From positions 1-64,000 of the IMG/VR virus record IMGVR_UViG_3300034069_002177: 64,000 nucleotides of DNA; one strand, written 5' to 3'. The notes below the pieces were generated by a model. The model did not search any database and had not been told where the DNA came from. It was given only the letters and a program-made list of their open reading frames with translations. Origin of the DNA: a virus. Taxonomy: Duplodnaviria > Caudoviricetes. Each line of letters starts with the position of its first letter. Position 1 is the stretch's first letter. Below are positions 1-8,388 of the stretch, one piece after another. Both the position numbers and the translations under genes were made by a program.

Positions 1-300
1 ATGACAGTTTTGGATCACAACAGAAAAGATGCCGAGAAGCAAGAACTCTTGAACGAAGAGACTGGTTGGTACGTGGTATCAACTGCTTCTGGTTCGGATT
101 ACATTTTTGACCTTGACGAGCGAAGAGTGTACCGAAAGAGGGGCGATGTGATATCGGATCGTGCGTATGGTGTTCTTCACCTATCCAATTGCGCAGTCGG
201 AAAGAAGATGGTTGTCACCATCACAGAAATCATTCCGCCTTCGGATGAAATTGGTGCTCTGTTCACGACTGAGGTAACGGAAATCGCAACTGCGGAATAG
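1..300 (+). CDS. Hypothetical protein (may start upstream of the window)
   Basis: 99-aa ORF ending directly before a bidirectional hairpin terminator. Confidence 0.6.
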   Translation: MTVLDHNRKDAEKQELLNEETGWYVVSTASGSDYIFDLDERRVYRKRGDVISDRAYGVLHLSNCAVGKKMVVTITEIIPPSDEIGALFTTEVTEIATAE

Positions 301-336
301 AGAAAGGCACCGGAACTTTTGCTCCGGTGCCTTTCT
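301..336. terminator. Bidirectional hairpin terminator
   Basis: AGAAAGGCACCGGA / TCCGGTGCCTTTCT perfect 14-bp stem between convergent genes. Confidence 0.75.
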
Positions 337-344
337 CTATCGAC

Positions 345-1190
345 TTACTTGCCGAGAAGGTTCAACTTGATGAGGCTTCCATCATCTGGGGCGACCTTAA
401 GGTTCAAGATGCTTCCATCATTACCTACCTTCACCTTAGCAAGGCTGTCGTCGCTTCCGACGTTAGCCTTGACGAGAGGGCTGGAATCCTGACCGACCTG
501 AGTCTTGACGAGCGAGCCGCTGCCACCCACGTCAGCCTTGACGATAGGGTCGCTCTTGGTTCCGACGTTGACATGTACCAAACCGCCGTCGTTACCACCC
601 GAGGTTGCTGGTGGAGTGGTTGTCCCACCGCCACCTCCGGTCGCAGGAGGCGTTGTAGTGCCGCCACCTGTGCTCCCGCCGCCATTTCCACCGGAACCGC
701 CGCTTCCACCTGATCCGCCAGATGCACCGCTTCCGCCATTGCCTCCTGCACCACCGGCACCGCCCGCACCACCGACGCCGTTAGTGCCATTGGCACCATT
801 AGCTCCGTTGGCTCCTGCTGCACCCGTAGTAGATGAGCCGGAAGAAGATGTCGAGCCCGAAGTCTTACTTCCGCCAGAAGCACTACCGGTAGTAGATGCA
901 GTCTTGGTAGAAGTCTTCGTAGCCGTGTTATGAGCCGAAGTTGATTTTGCGGTTGTAGCACCGCTGGCTGTGTTGGTTCCGTCAACCTGGCATGTTCCCA
1001 ATGAGCCTGGTTGACTACCTCCACCCGCAGCAAGCGCCGTGGAGGCATCTGCTGGTGATGTTGCCTGACCGCCTAAGAAGGCGGCAAACGCTAGTGCAGA
1101 AGCTCCAGCGATTCCACCCGCCCACATGGCGGCTTTCTTTCTTCCTACAATCAAACCGGGTGTTGCTGCACCTGCTTCAATGATTTCCAT
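345..1190 (-). CDS. Gly/Ser/Thr-rich secreted or membrane-anchored protein with C-terminal beta-repeats
   Basis: Basic then hydrophobic N-terminus (RKKAAMWAGGIAGASALAFAAFLG), (GAN)n and GGSGG tracts, and about seven C-terminal [SP]-[LI]-[VA]-K-x-x-V-G-x-D repeats. Confidence 0.75.
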   Translation of the reverse strand: MEIIEAGAATPGLIVGRKKAAMWAGGIAGASALAFAAFLGGQATSPADASTALAAGGGSQPGSLGTCQVDGTNTASGATTAKSTSAHNTATKTSTKTASTTGSASGGSKTSGSTSSSGSSTTGAAGANGANGANGTNGVGGAGGAGGAGGNGGSGASGGSGGSGGSGGNGGGSTGGGTTTPPATGGGGGTTTPPATSGGNDGGLVHVNVGTKSDPIVKADVGGSGSLVKTQVGQDSSPLVKANVGSDDSLAKVKVGNDGSILNLKVAPDDGSLIKLNLLGK

Positions 1191-1417
1191 TTCCCTGATC
1201 CTTTGTTTGTAAGAGCTTGGTTAGCGCCCTTAGTTCCATTTTGCACCCATATTCATGGCAAATTCTTATTTTTAGCCCCCATTTGGGGGTAATTCTCAGA
1301 TTTCTTAGATGTACAATCCAGCTTTGCCCAGAACGGGGTACATTTTTGTCCACGGCATGACTGACGTAGATATCTAAAACGCTACTGCGAAATAAGCGCT
1401 GTGTTACTCTAGGCGGC

Positions 1418-1960
1418 ATGACCCAACCCGTATCTTCCGAAGACATTTTGACCGGCATTCGACTCAGTGAGGCTGTGGCTAAGGGCGATAGTGCCACTGT
1501 AAGATTGATTAGTTCCGAGGTGGACTCCGAGTTCATCCAGAAGAATGCTAATCAGGTTTTCATGCACACATTCGTCCTGCTCAACTCTATTAGTGGCGAG
1601 CGATTCCCTGATGATGTCTGGGAGCAGCTTCCTAAGTTCCTGAATAGCGATGTCAAAGATCGTGCCATCATCCTCGGTTGTAGCGAAGATCTCCTGCACG
1701 GTATGGTCGGCGGATTCCTTACTCACAACATCATCCCGTCGCTCAACGACGAGACTTCGAAGTATTTCAACCCGGATGGATACTCCGCAGGATACTTCCA
1801 GATTGCCGCCGCTATGGGAGAGGCAATTCTTGGTCTATTCAAGGTAGCTGCAAAGCTCCGTTTCGAGGATGATTACAAGCAGCTTCGTTCATTGGTTACC
1901 GATCATATGTTGATTACCTCCGCTATTGCCGAAGATGATGCCCAAGCGAAAGCATCCTGA
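1418..1960 (+). CDS. Hypothetical alpha-helical protein
   Basis: 180-aa ORF; extended -10 TGtTACTCT ends 7 nt before the ATG (leaderless). Confidence 0.7.
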   Translation: MTQPVSSEDILTGIRLSEAVAKGDSATVRLISSEVDSEFIQKNANQVFMHTFVLLNSISGERFPDDVWEQLPKFLNSDVKDRAIILGCSEDLLHGMVGGFLTHNIIPSLNDETSKYFNPDGYSAGYFQIAAAMGEAILGLFKVAAKLRFEDDYKQLRSLVTDHMLITSAIAEDDAQAKAS

Positions 1961-1962
1961 TA

Positions 1963-1991
1963 TTGACCTTCTAGGGTAGAGGCGATACCAT
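1963..1991 (+). promoter_or_regulatory. Sigma-A-type promoter, leaderless
   Basis: TTGACC (1963-1968), 17 nt, TACCAT (1986-1991), 6 nt, ATG 1998. Confidence 0.7.
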
Positions 1992-1997
1992 TCACGA

Positions 1998-2312
1998 ATG
2001 GGTTATCAATTTTCCGCAAACGACACACTCGAAATCACTATCGGGTGTGTCGTTTGCGATGTAGAGGACGAGCAGACAGCACGCGATTTGATGCCTGACG
2101 AAAAGGTGCCCCGACGCTACTACAACGAGACCGAGCGTGACGAAGCTCTCGAAAGGCTGTATTCTGGCGCGGCGTATCGCGAGCATGAAGAACGACGCCA
2201 GGAGATTAAAGACGAGTCGGAAGCCAACGCTGCCCCTAAGCGCTCACTCCGCCACGGCAACGTCAAACCCAAGACTCAGACTCAACAGCACTTTGAAGAT
2301 GAGGACTACTGA
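1998..2312 (+). CDS. Hypothetical acidic protein
   Basis: 104-aa ORF directly after a canonical promoter. Confidence 0.65.
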   Translation: MGYQFSANDTLEITIGCVVCDVEDEQTARDLMPDEKVPRRYYNETERDEALERLYSGAAYREHEERRQEIKDESEANAAPKRSLRHGNVKPKTQTQQHFEDEDY

Positions 2313-2363
2313 GTAAGTAGTGTCGCATCCTGACGCTAGGATAGAAGCTGACACAGGAGAAAC

Positions 2364-3665
2364 ATGCATCCCAATACTCAGCCCGAGACTATCGTTGATA
2401 AAAACGGCGTGACCACTACCCGTCACAAGAAATCTACAGCTACTACCGCCACGAGGAAGCTACCCACTCCAACCAAAATCAAGGCTGTTACCGGAGCCGA
2501 GCGCATTGCTGGTTCCAGCACTCTAGAGAAACTGAATTTTGACATCAGTACATTGCTGGTCCAAGATATTGTGCCTGGGGCTAAAACAGTGACTGTGGAC
2601 AACGACGATGACCAACTGGTGCTTACTGCAATCGACGGTGCCGAAGTTCCTGATGGCATTTCTGGTTTTCTTGCCAGCCGATTACTGAATCAGGCTGGTA
2701 TTTCTGAGGGAACATACAAGCTAAGTTCCGCAGTGAACGAAGACAAAACCAAGTCTCTGTTCAATGCTGAGGTGTTGCACTCCAATGGTCTCTCGAAGGA
2801 AAGCCTTACTGAGAATGGTTTGACTGAGATGCAGGCTATCGCCGCCATCGGTTTTGCACGAACCGAAACGGATGCTTACGCATTGGGCGAGCTAGCGGGA
2901 TACACGACGAACCCTCTCGTTCTTGTGGGCGTTGTGATGAACTCGAATACTTCAGAAGGCACATTGGCTGACCTTGCCGACGACCCGAGTTCGTTAGTAC
3001 GCTCGGCAGTCGCTGATAAGACAAAAGATCCCGAGGTTGTTTCCAAGTTGACCAAAGATACGCATTCTGTACTGGTAGTCATGAACGCTGTTCGTAATTC
3101 ACTCGCTTCATCTGACGACCTTGACGCTGCCTATCGCAACTCGTCTTCGGAGATGGTGCGCAATCAAGCTGTTGGCAATGATAACGCCTTGCAGTCTACG
3201 CTCTCCGATGCCATTAATAACGACTGGGACTCACGTGTCATTGATACCGCCAGTTCTAAACTGACATCTGGTGAAGCCAGCAAGTGGACGAACACTATTC
3301 CTAAGGCATTCATCAAAGACAACGAGTTGCAATCAGCAGCCCGTGCGGCGTCTGATTACGTCAAGACTGTTTCTGGTTCCGATTACACAAAGGAACACCC
3401 GGAAGCTATTTTGACCGACGAGCAGGCTCGGGCAATTGCGTGGCGAGTCGCTAGCCGCAATACCAATGGCGATAACGAAGCATTTACTGCACTTGATGCT
3501 GGTGATGACTTCTCACTACAGAAGCTCGTAGTTGAAGCCGCGAACATCAAGAATCAGCGTTTCAGTGACCGTTCGTATGGTTTGAAGTGGGACGTAGATG
3601 CCTACATGCCCGCAATTATTGGTTGGGCACGAACGAAGCAGGGTCGCGCACCAAGGAACGCCTAG
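2364..3665 (+). CDS. DKNG-tag protein with HEAT/LRV-like helical repeats
   Basis: N-terminus PETIVDKNGVTTTRHKK; internal TLADLADDPSSLVRSAVA-type repeats; GGAGA RBS. Confidence 0.75.
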   Translation: MHPNTQPETIVDKNGVTTTRHKKSTATTATRKLPTPTKIKAVTGAERIAGSSTLEKLNFDISTLLVQDIVPGAKTVTVDNDDDQLVLTAIDGAEVPDGISGFLASRLLNQAGISEGTYKLSSAVNEDKTKSLFNAEVLHSNGLSKESLTENGLTEMQAIAAIGFARTETDAYALGELAGYTTNPLVLVGVVMNSNTSEGTLADLADDPSSLVRSAVADKTKDPEVVSKLTKDTHSVLVVMNAVRNSLASSDDLDAAYRNSSSEMVRNQAVGNDNALQSTLSDAINNDWDSRVIDTASSKLTSGEASKWTNTIPKAFIKDNELQSAARAASDYVKTVSGSDYTKEHPEAILTDEQARAIAWRVASRNTNGDNEAFTALDAGDDFSLQKLVVEAANIKNQRFSDRSYGLKWDVDAYMPAIIGWARTKQGRAPRNA

Positions 3666-4063
3666 AAAGGTCGGATGAGTCTTTTGACTCCTTTGATGTC
3701 GCACTCATCGTTGTCAACAAAGTAACGTGAAGGAATCTCCATCCCAATCGCCTTCTTGGCGGCATCTCGCGTTCCTGCGTTAGCCAATGCCGAGTCGAAG
3801 AAGAATAAGGCGACATCGATGCCACTGACGAGCATCTCTGAGTTCCTGATGTTTCCGCCCCTTTTGCCAAGAGTCCAATCGGCAGGATGAGCTTCTACTT
3901 TGAAGCCATACTCTTCGGCTACTTCTTGTGCCAAGGAGTCTGCACCACGAGCAGCGCCGTGCACTACCGTAACGATACGTGCATCTCCCGCAGCATCTTC
4001 AAGTGCACGACGCACGCATTCGTAGTTGGTGTACTCTCGCGAGCCAGAAACCATGATTCGCAT
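3662..4063 (-). CDS. SLOG-family (DUF2493/YspA-like) protein
   Basis: MRIMVSGSREY...VVHGAARGADSLA...AHPADW...IRNSEM signature. Confidence 0.8.
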   Translation of the reverse strand: MRIMVSGSREYTNYECVRRALEDAAGDARIVTVVHGAARGADSLAQEVAEEYGFKVEAHPADWTLGKRGGNIRNSEMLVSGIDVALFFFDSALANAGTRDAAKKAIGMEIPSRYFVDNDECDIKGVKRLIRPF

Positions 4064-4776
4064 TAGAGTCCAACCATCTCGTCTCTGATGGACTCGCGAA
4101 TGATTTCGGCTACCTGCTCATAGGAAACGGGTTCACTATCAGGAATGGTTTGCTCCAAGGCGTAAGTCCGAGACTTGGCTGCTTCTTCAAGTACCGAAGC
4201 AGTAATGAATGCGTTTGTCGCGACAATTGCGTAGTTGGCGAGTGCGGGCTGATCCTCAAAGAATCGAGCAGCACTCGGAACAGCTATTTCGTTTTCACCC
4301 GACAAGAGCTTGATGATGCCATCGTTGATTATTCCAGCAACAAGATGATTGATGACTTCGAGGGGAATTTCTAAAACATTCGATGCATTCTCGGCATGTG
4401 CTTGTACGGCGAACTTAATCCTTGTCCAGAACTCCAAAGGAAAATCCATCGGCTGTCGATTGCCTTGTTCGTATTCAAGCCAGCTACTCAGCGTTCCATC
4501 TTCGCTGATTTCGTAACGAGCGCCTTGCTGAGCAAGTTCATCCAAAGCGTCATTGTCACCTCGTTCATAGGCATCGGCTATTTTGTCACCGATTTCATTC
4601 AAAGAGATCCAATCGATAACGGAAAGTGTCAACTGGATTGACGATGCGGTAAACAGTTCCGCGTCAGCAGCTTGAGCAATGAGTTTTAGCTCCGGTACTT
4701 GATAGCTGTGAAAAAGGTCAGCCGCAGCGATAGCTAGACCAGGGGTGATTTCGGATGCATTGAACTGGTCGCTCAT
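4063..4776 (-). CDS. Hypothetical alpha-helical acidic protein
   Basis: ORF track gives 4063..4854; ATG 4776 (MSDQF) is the more plausible start. Coupled to the SLOG gene. Confidence 0.65.
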   Translation of the reverse strand: MSDQFNASEITPGLAIAAADLFHSYQVPELKLIAQAADAELFTASSIQLTLSVIDWISLNEIGDKIADAYERGDNDALDELAQQGARYEISEDGTLSSWLEYEQGNRQPMDFPLEFWTRIKFAVQAHAENASNVLEIPLEVINHLVAGIINDGIIKLLSGENEIAVPSAARFFEDQPALANYAIVATNAFITASVLEEAAKSRTYALEQTIPDSEPVSYEQVAEIIRESIRDEMVGL

Positions 4777-4908
4777 ACGCGTGATTGTTTCGCTGGATGG
4801 TTCATGACGGAAGCATACCTCGTGGTGTCGGTTGATGCAACATCTTCGTTTCATCTTGGCGTGTCAGGTGTTATTTGTACAATAGGTAAATACCCTTGAA
4901 GGAGCATC

Positions 4909-5409
4909 ATGTCAAACGCTGGAAAGATTCGTGTACCCGTAGTCGATAAGAACGGTAAGGAGACTCACGTATGGAAGTCTCCTGATGAACTCAAAGGCGA
5001 GGCTAGCCGCTCTAGTGTCATTCCTACTGCACCTGCGCCAAGTGCCGATACTCGCCAACCGAACCCCTCTTCTGATGATTTCGTCACTTCGGTAGACACA
5101 GTATCCGTTGAAAGTCCTTTCGGACCTGATGCCAATTGGTCTTACAAGGTGGACCTTGGAGATATTCTCACTGCTGACACCTCTCTTGCCGAGAAGGCTG
5201 AACTGCTTTCTGATGCCATTTCGGATTCGGATTGGTATGCAGATACACTCGCTGCGGCTGAGGGTGGAAGCTCTGAGCTTGTTGATGCTGTTGAAGATCT
5301 GCGCGAGGTTAGTGAAGATGGTTCTGCTGCGGAATTCGATGTCGCATGGAACAACATCTACAACATCGCTGACAACGACAAGGTGTACCTCGGTCAAGAA
5401 GTCGACTAG
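4909..5409 (+). CDS. DKNG-tag acidic protein
   Basis: N-terminus KIRVPVVDKNGKETHVWKSP; AAGGAG RBS. Confidence 0.75.
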   Translation: MSNAGKIRVPVVDKNGKETHVWKSPDELKGEASRSSVIPTAPAPSADTRQPNPSSDDFVTSVDTVSVESPFGPDANWSYKVDLGDILTADTSLAEKAELLSDAISDSDWYADTLAAAEGGSSELVDAVEDLREVSEDGSAAEFDVAWNNIYNIADNDKVYLGQEVD

Positions 5410-5422
5410 ATATGATGTGTTC

Positions 5423-5467
5423 GGAAACAGCCCCTGATTGGTTTGCCCCCAGTTAGGGGCTGTTTCC
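5423..5467 (+). terminator. Hairpin terminator
   Basis: GGAAACAGCCCCT ... AGGGGCTGTTTCC followed by a T-rich tract. Confidence 0.7.
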
Positions 5468-5564
5468 TTGTTTTGCAAACTATCCTGTTCGCTTTGTCTA
5501 AAATGAGTCAAAGCGCATCGGAGCGTTTAGGGGCTCACCACCCCGACTAGGGATCAGGAACCTC

Positions 5565-6941
5565 ATGAATAGAAGTCTATTACATGATGATAGAGCCGAA
5601 AACTCCATCATGCAGACCATCACCATCGCAGTCTCAGCTATTCTTATCGCCGCTGGACTCGTGACCGCTCCTGGTCTCATCAACAACGCCCGCGATAACA
5701 ACGCGACGGGCGATCTTTCCAACATAGCCTATTCCGAAGAGGGTTATTTGGGTGATACGGGTAAATACACCGCTAACATCCAAAGCGATGCTAGCGGAGA
5801 AGATGCACTAGACGGGCACGTTACCGAAAACGGCACCGTTCTTACTCACTACACCACGAGCGACAAGGTGACTCTCAGTGCAGTCGTGTGTAAAGGTAAT
5901 GAGCAAGGATACCTGCTCAGAGCAATCTCATCTTCTTCTCACGTCTTTTACCGTTCCTCCGAATCATCGAACACAAGTTCAGACCTAGCCCAAATTACCC
6001 TCTCGGCGTGTCTCACCCCCGAAGACCTCATCAGCATTGGTGTGACTGCTCCTCCAGGAGGTGACTATGCGAATGATCTTCTTGGTACTACCTCATATGC
6101 ATCCGGCTTGGGACATAACGACCCAAACGAAGGTGGCTTTGCCGGAAGTAGCCTCGATGTAGCTAATGTGTTGAAGAAGGCTAATTTTGCCAACACCAAT
6201 ACAGTTGTCTATGACGATCCTATAAACGCCACTTTGGTTGGTAATGACTACAGTGATACCCCGATAGAGTTTTACGTCGGTTCTAAGAGCGTTAGTAAGT
6301 ACAACGGCACTGTGTCACTCTTCAGTTATGTCGGAACAGGACCAAATGCAGGTAAAGCATCTGGCGTTTACGGATTCATCGATCCACAAATTGATTCCAT
6401 TTCAGATTGGTCGGGTCTTTTTTCGGGCAATGGTTCCGCCCACATCACTATCCAAGGAAAATCTATCGTTATCAAAATACCCGCCTACATGTATGACATC
6501 AACGACTTTGATGCCACGGGTTACACAGACTCGGGTGCAGACCTATCAACCAGAGATTCTGGTAGCGCCGTTTTCGCATCGGATTCAGGTAAATATTCAA
6601 TCGCTGCCCTCATCGATACCGATCAACTCAACAGCACAGCCTTCGCCTACTACAACAAGGCGGCAGGTGGCGCAGCTTTCCAAACCAAGGTTCACGACGC
6701 TCAATTGCAGTACAAAGCGCCTGGAGAAAGCACATACTCCACGGTGGCAACTATAGAAGGAAGAGTCGGATTCGATGGCATTCAGTTGGCAAACAACGAT
6801 GTTGTTGCTGGTCCCTACTTTGCCTCGGCTGAGCCCTTTGACCTGCCAGCAGGGAATTATAACGGAGGTACATGGCGCATCAAATGTAGCTTTTATGGAG
6901 CGGATTACACAATCACAGGAGGAATTGGCTTCAATGGTTAA
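5565..6941 (+). CDS. Type IV pilin-like protein with large C-terminal head domain
   Basis: DDRA|ENSIMQTITIAVSAILIAAGLVTAPGLINNARDNNAT; 38 residues identical to the major pilin at 31065; about 300 aa of extra domain. Confidence 0.8.
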   Translation: MNRSLLHDDRAENSIMQTITIAVSAILIAAGLVTAPGLINNARDNNATGDLSNIAYSEEGYLGDTGKYTANIQSDASGEDALDGHVTENGTVLTHYTTSDKVTLSAVVCKGNEQGYLLRAISSSSHVFYRSSESSNTSSDLAQITLSACLTPEDLISIGVTAPPGGDYANDLLGTTSYASGLGHNDPNEGGFAGSSLDVANVLKKANFANTNTVVYDDPINATLVGNDYSDTPIEFYVGSKSVSKYNGTVSLFSYVGTGPNAGKASGVYGFIDPQIDSISDWSGLFSGNGSAHITIQGKSIVIKIPAYMYDINDFDATGYTDSGADLSTRDSGSAVFASDSGKYSIAALIDTDQLNSTAFAYYNKAAGGAAFQTKVHDAQLQYKAPGESTYSTVATIEGRVGFDGIQLANNDVVAGPYFASAEPFDLPAGNYNGGTWRIKCSFYGADYTITGGIGFNG

Positions 6942-8343
6942 TTCACCTAGAGGTATTTGGTTACGAGATGATGCCGAAAACAGCATCATGCAGACGATTA
7001 CGATTGCCGTATCGGCAATCTTGATTGCAGCCGGTTTAGTAACGGCTCCAGGACTTATCAACAACGCTCGGGATAACAACGCGACGAATGACCTGTCAAA
7101 TATTGCCTACTCCGAAGAAGGGTACCTTGGCGATACCGGCACCTACACCGCTGATATCAGCAGTACAACTTCTCAGGACTCCCTAAACGGTCATACCACC
7201 GAGAACGGTACCCGTATCAAGTACACAATGAGTGACAAGGTTGTGAACAGCGCCGTAGTGTGTACGGGAAAAGTGCAGGGGTACTTGTTGAAATCCGTTT
7301 CCTCGTCTACGCACGTTTTCTACCGTTCGTCAGAGTCTAGTGCCACATCAAGCAACATCGCAGATATCACGATTCCTTCCTGTCTCTCCGCCGCTGATTT
7401 GGCGAGCATCGGAATTCTTCCTTCCGCACCTTCTGTCCCCGGTTCCGCATTGCTTCCTCAAACGGCATTTGCTAGTAGTGTGGGTGGAACGAGCGGTTCA
7501 GAGTTGCTTACTAACGGCAGCTATGAAGTAGGTCAAAAAATCAAGAGCTACGGCTTAACGTCAGGGTACGACTATGTACAAGATGGACTTGGAAACGTAT
7601 CCACTTATGACAATGACAGCGATGATTTATCCGTTCCTGCCCAGAATCTTTCCTCCATTACTGTTTTTGATGGTGGCGTTCAGGTTGCTAAGTTCGACTC
7701 AATCGTTCAACTTGCCTACGCAACTGGAACGGGCGATAATTCAGGTAAATCCTGGGGACAGTTTGCATTGAACATGCCTGCAATTCATGACATCGCTACT
7801 TGGTCGAAGATTTATTCGGGGACCGCCGAGATGCATGTCCGCTTCCAAGGCAAAGATGTTGTATTGCCCATTTACCAACCTAGCGGCGACATGAGTCGAT
7901 TTGATTCGACGGGCTACACCAACAACGGCGCTAATCTGTCCATCTCTGACACTAAGAGTGAGATATTCAAAGACCCACAATCCTCCGGTCAATCTATAGT
8001 GATTGGTCTAAACCCTGATGACATCAAGGGTACAAATGCAGACTTCTATCTCAACAAGGTGAACGCATCAGATTCAACCTTCTCGCCCTTATTGCGAGCC
8101 ACAGTGTCTTACAAGGCGTCAGGCGACAGTGCGTATTCTGATGTAGGAACTATTTACGGCAAGCTGTCGAAGAATGGTGTTTATTCGGATGGCACCAGCG
8201 CTGGTCCGCTTTCGTTCTCCAACTACAATGTCTACCAAACCCTGCAACTTCCTGATAACGACTATTCTGCCGGTACTTGGAAGGTCACGTTCAACTACGA
8301 AGGCTCTGACTACTCGATTACAGGAAGCATCGCAGTCAAGTAA
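6934..8343 (+). CDS. Type IV pilin-like protein with large head domain, paralog of 5565
   Basis: Same 38-aa pilin helix; C-terminal domain aligns with the 5565 protein (FD[AS]TGYT.[SN]GA.LS, GTW.......G.DY.ITG.I). AGGAGG at 6917-6922 supports ATG 6934 over 6775. Confidence 0.8.
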   Translation: MVNSPRGIWLRDDAENSIMQTITIAVSAILIAAGLVTAPGLINNARDNNATNDLSNIAYSEEGYLGDTGTYTADISSTTSQDSLNGHTTENGTRIKYTMSDKVVNSAVVCTGKVQGYLLKSVSSSTHVFYRSSESSATSSNIADITIPSCLSAADLASIGILPSAPSVPGSALLPQTAFASSVGGTSGSELLTNGSYEVGQKIKSYGLTSGYDYVQDGLGNVSTYDNDSDDLSVPAQNLSSITVFDGGVQVAKFDSIVQLAYATGTGDNSGKSWGQFALNMPAIHDIATWSKIYSGTAEMHVRFQGKDVVLPIYQPSGDMSRFDSTGYTNNGANLSISDTKSEIFKDPQSSGQSIVIGLNPDDIKGTNADFYLNKVNASDSTFSPLLRATVSYKASGDSAYSDVGTIYGKLSKNGVYSDGTSAGPLSFSNYNVYQTLQLPDNDYSAGTWKVTFNYEGSDYSITGSIAVK

Positions 8344-8388
8344 TGCCCTTGCAACGCAATAGTCGGTACTTGCCCCTATGATGGTTAC

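Noticed and set aside
6775-6933. Extended 522-aa start for the second remote pilin
   Set aside because: It would overlap 5565..6941 by 167 nt; AGGAGG before ATG 6934 places the prepilin leader correctly.
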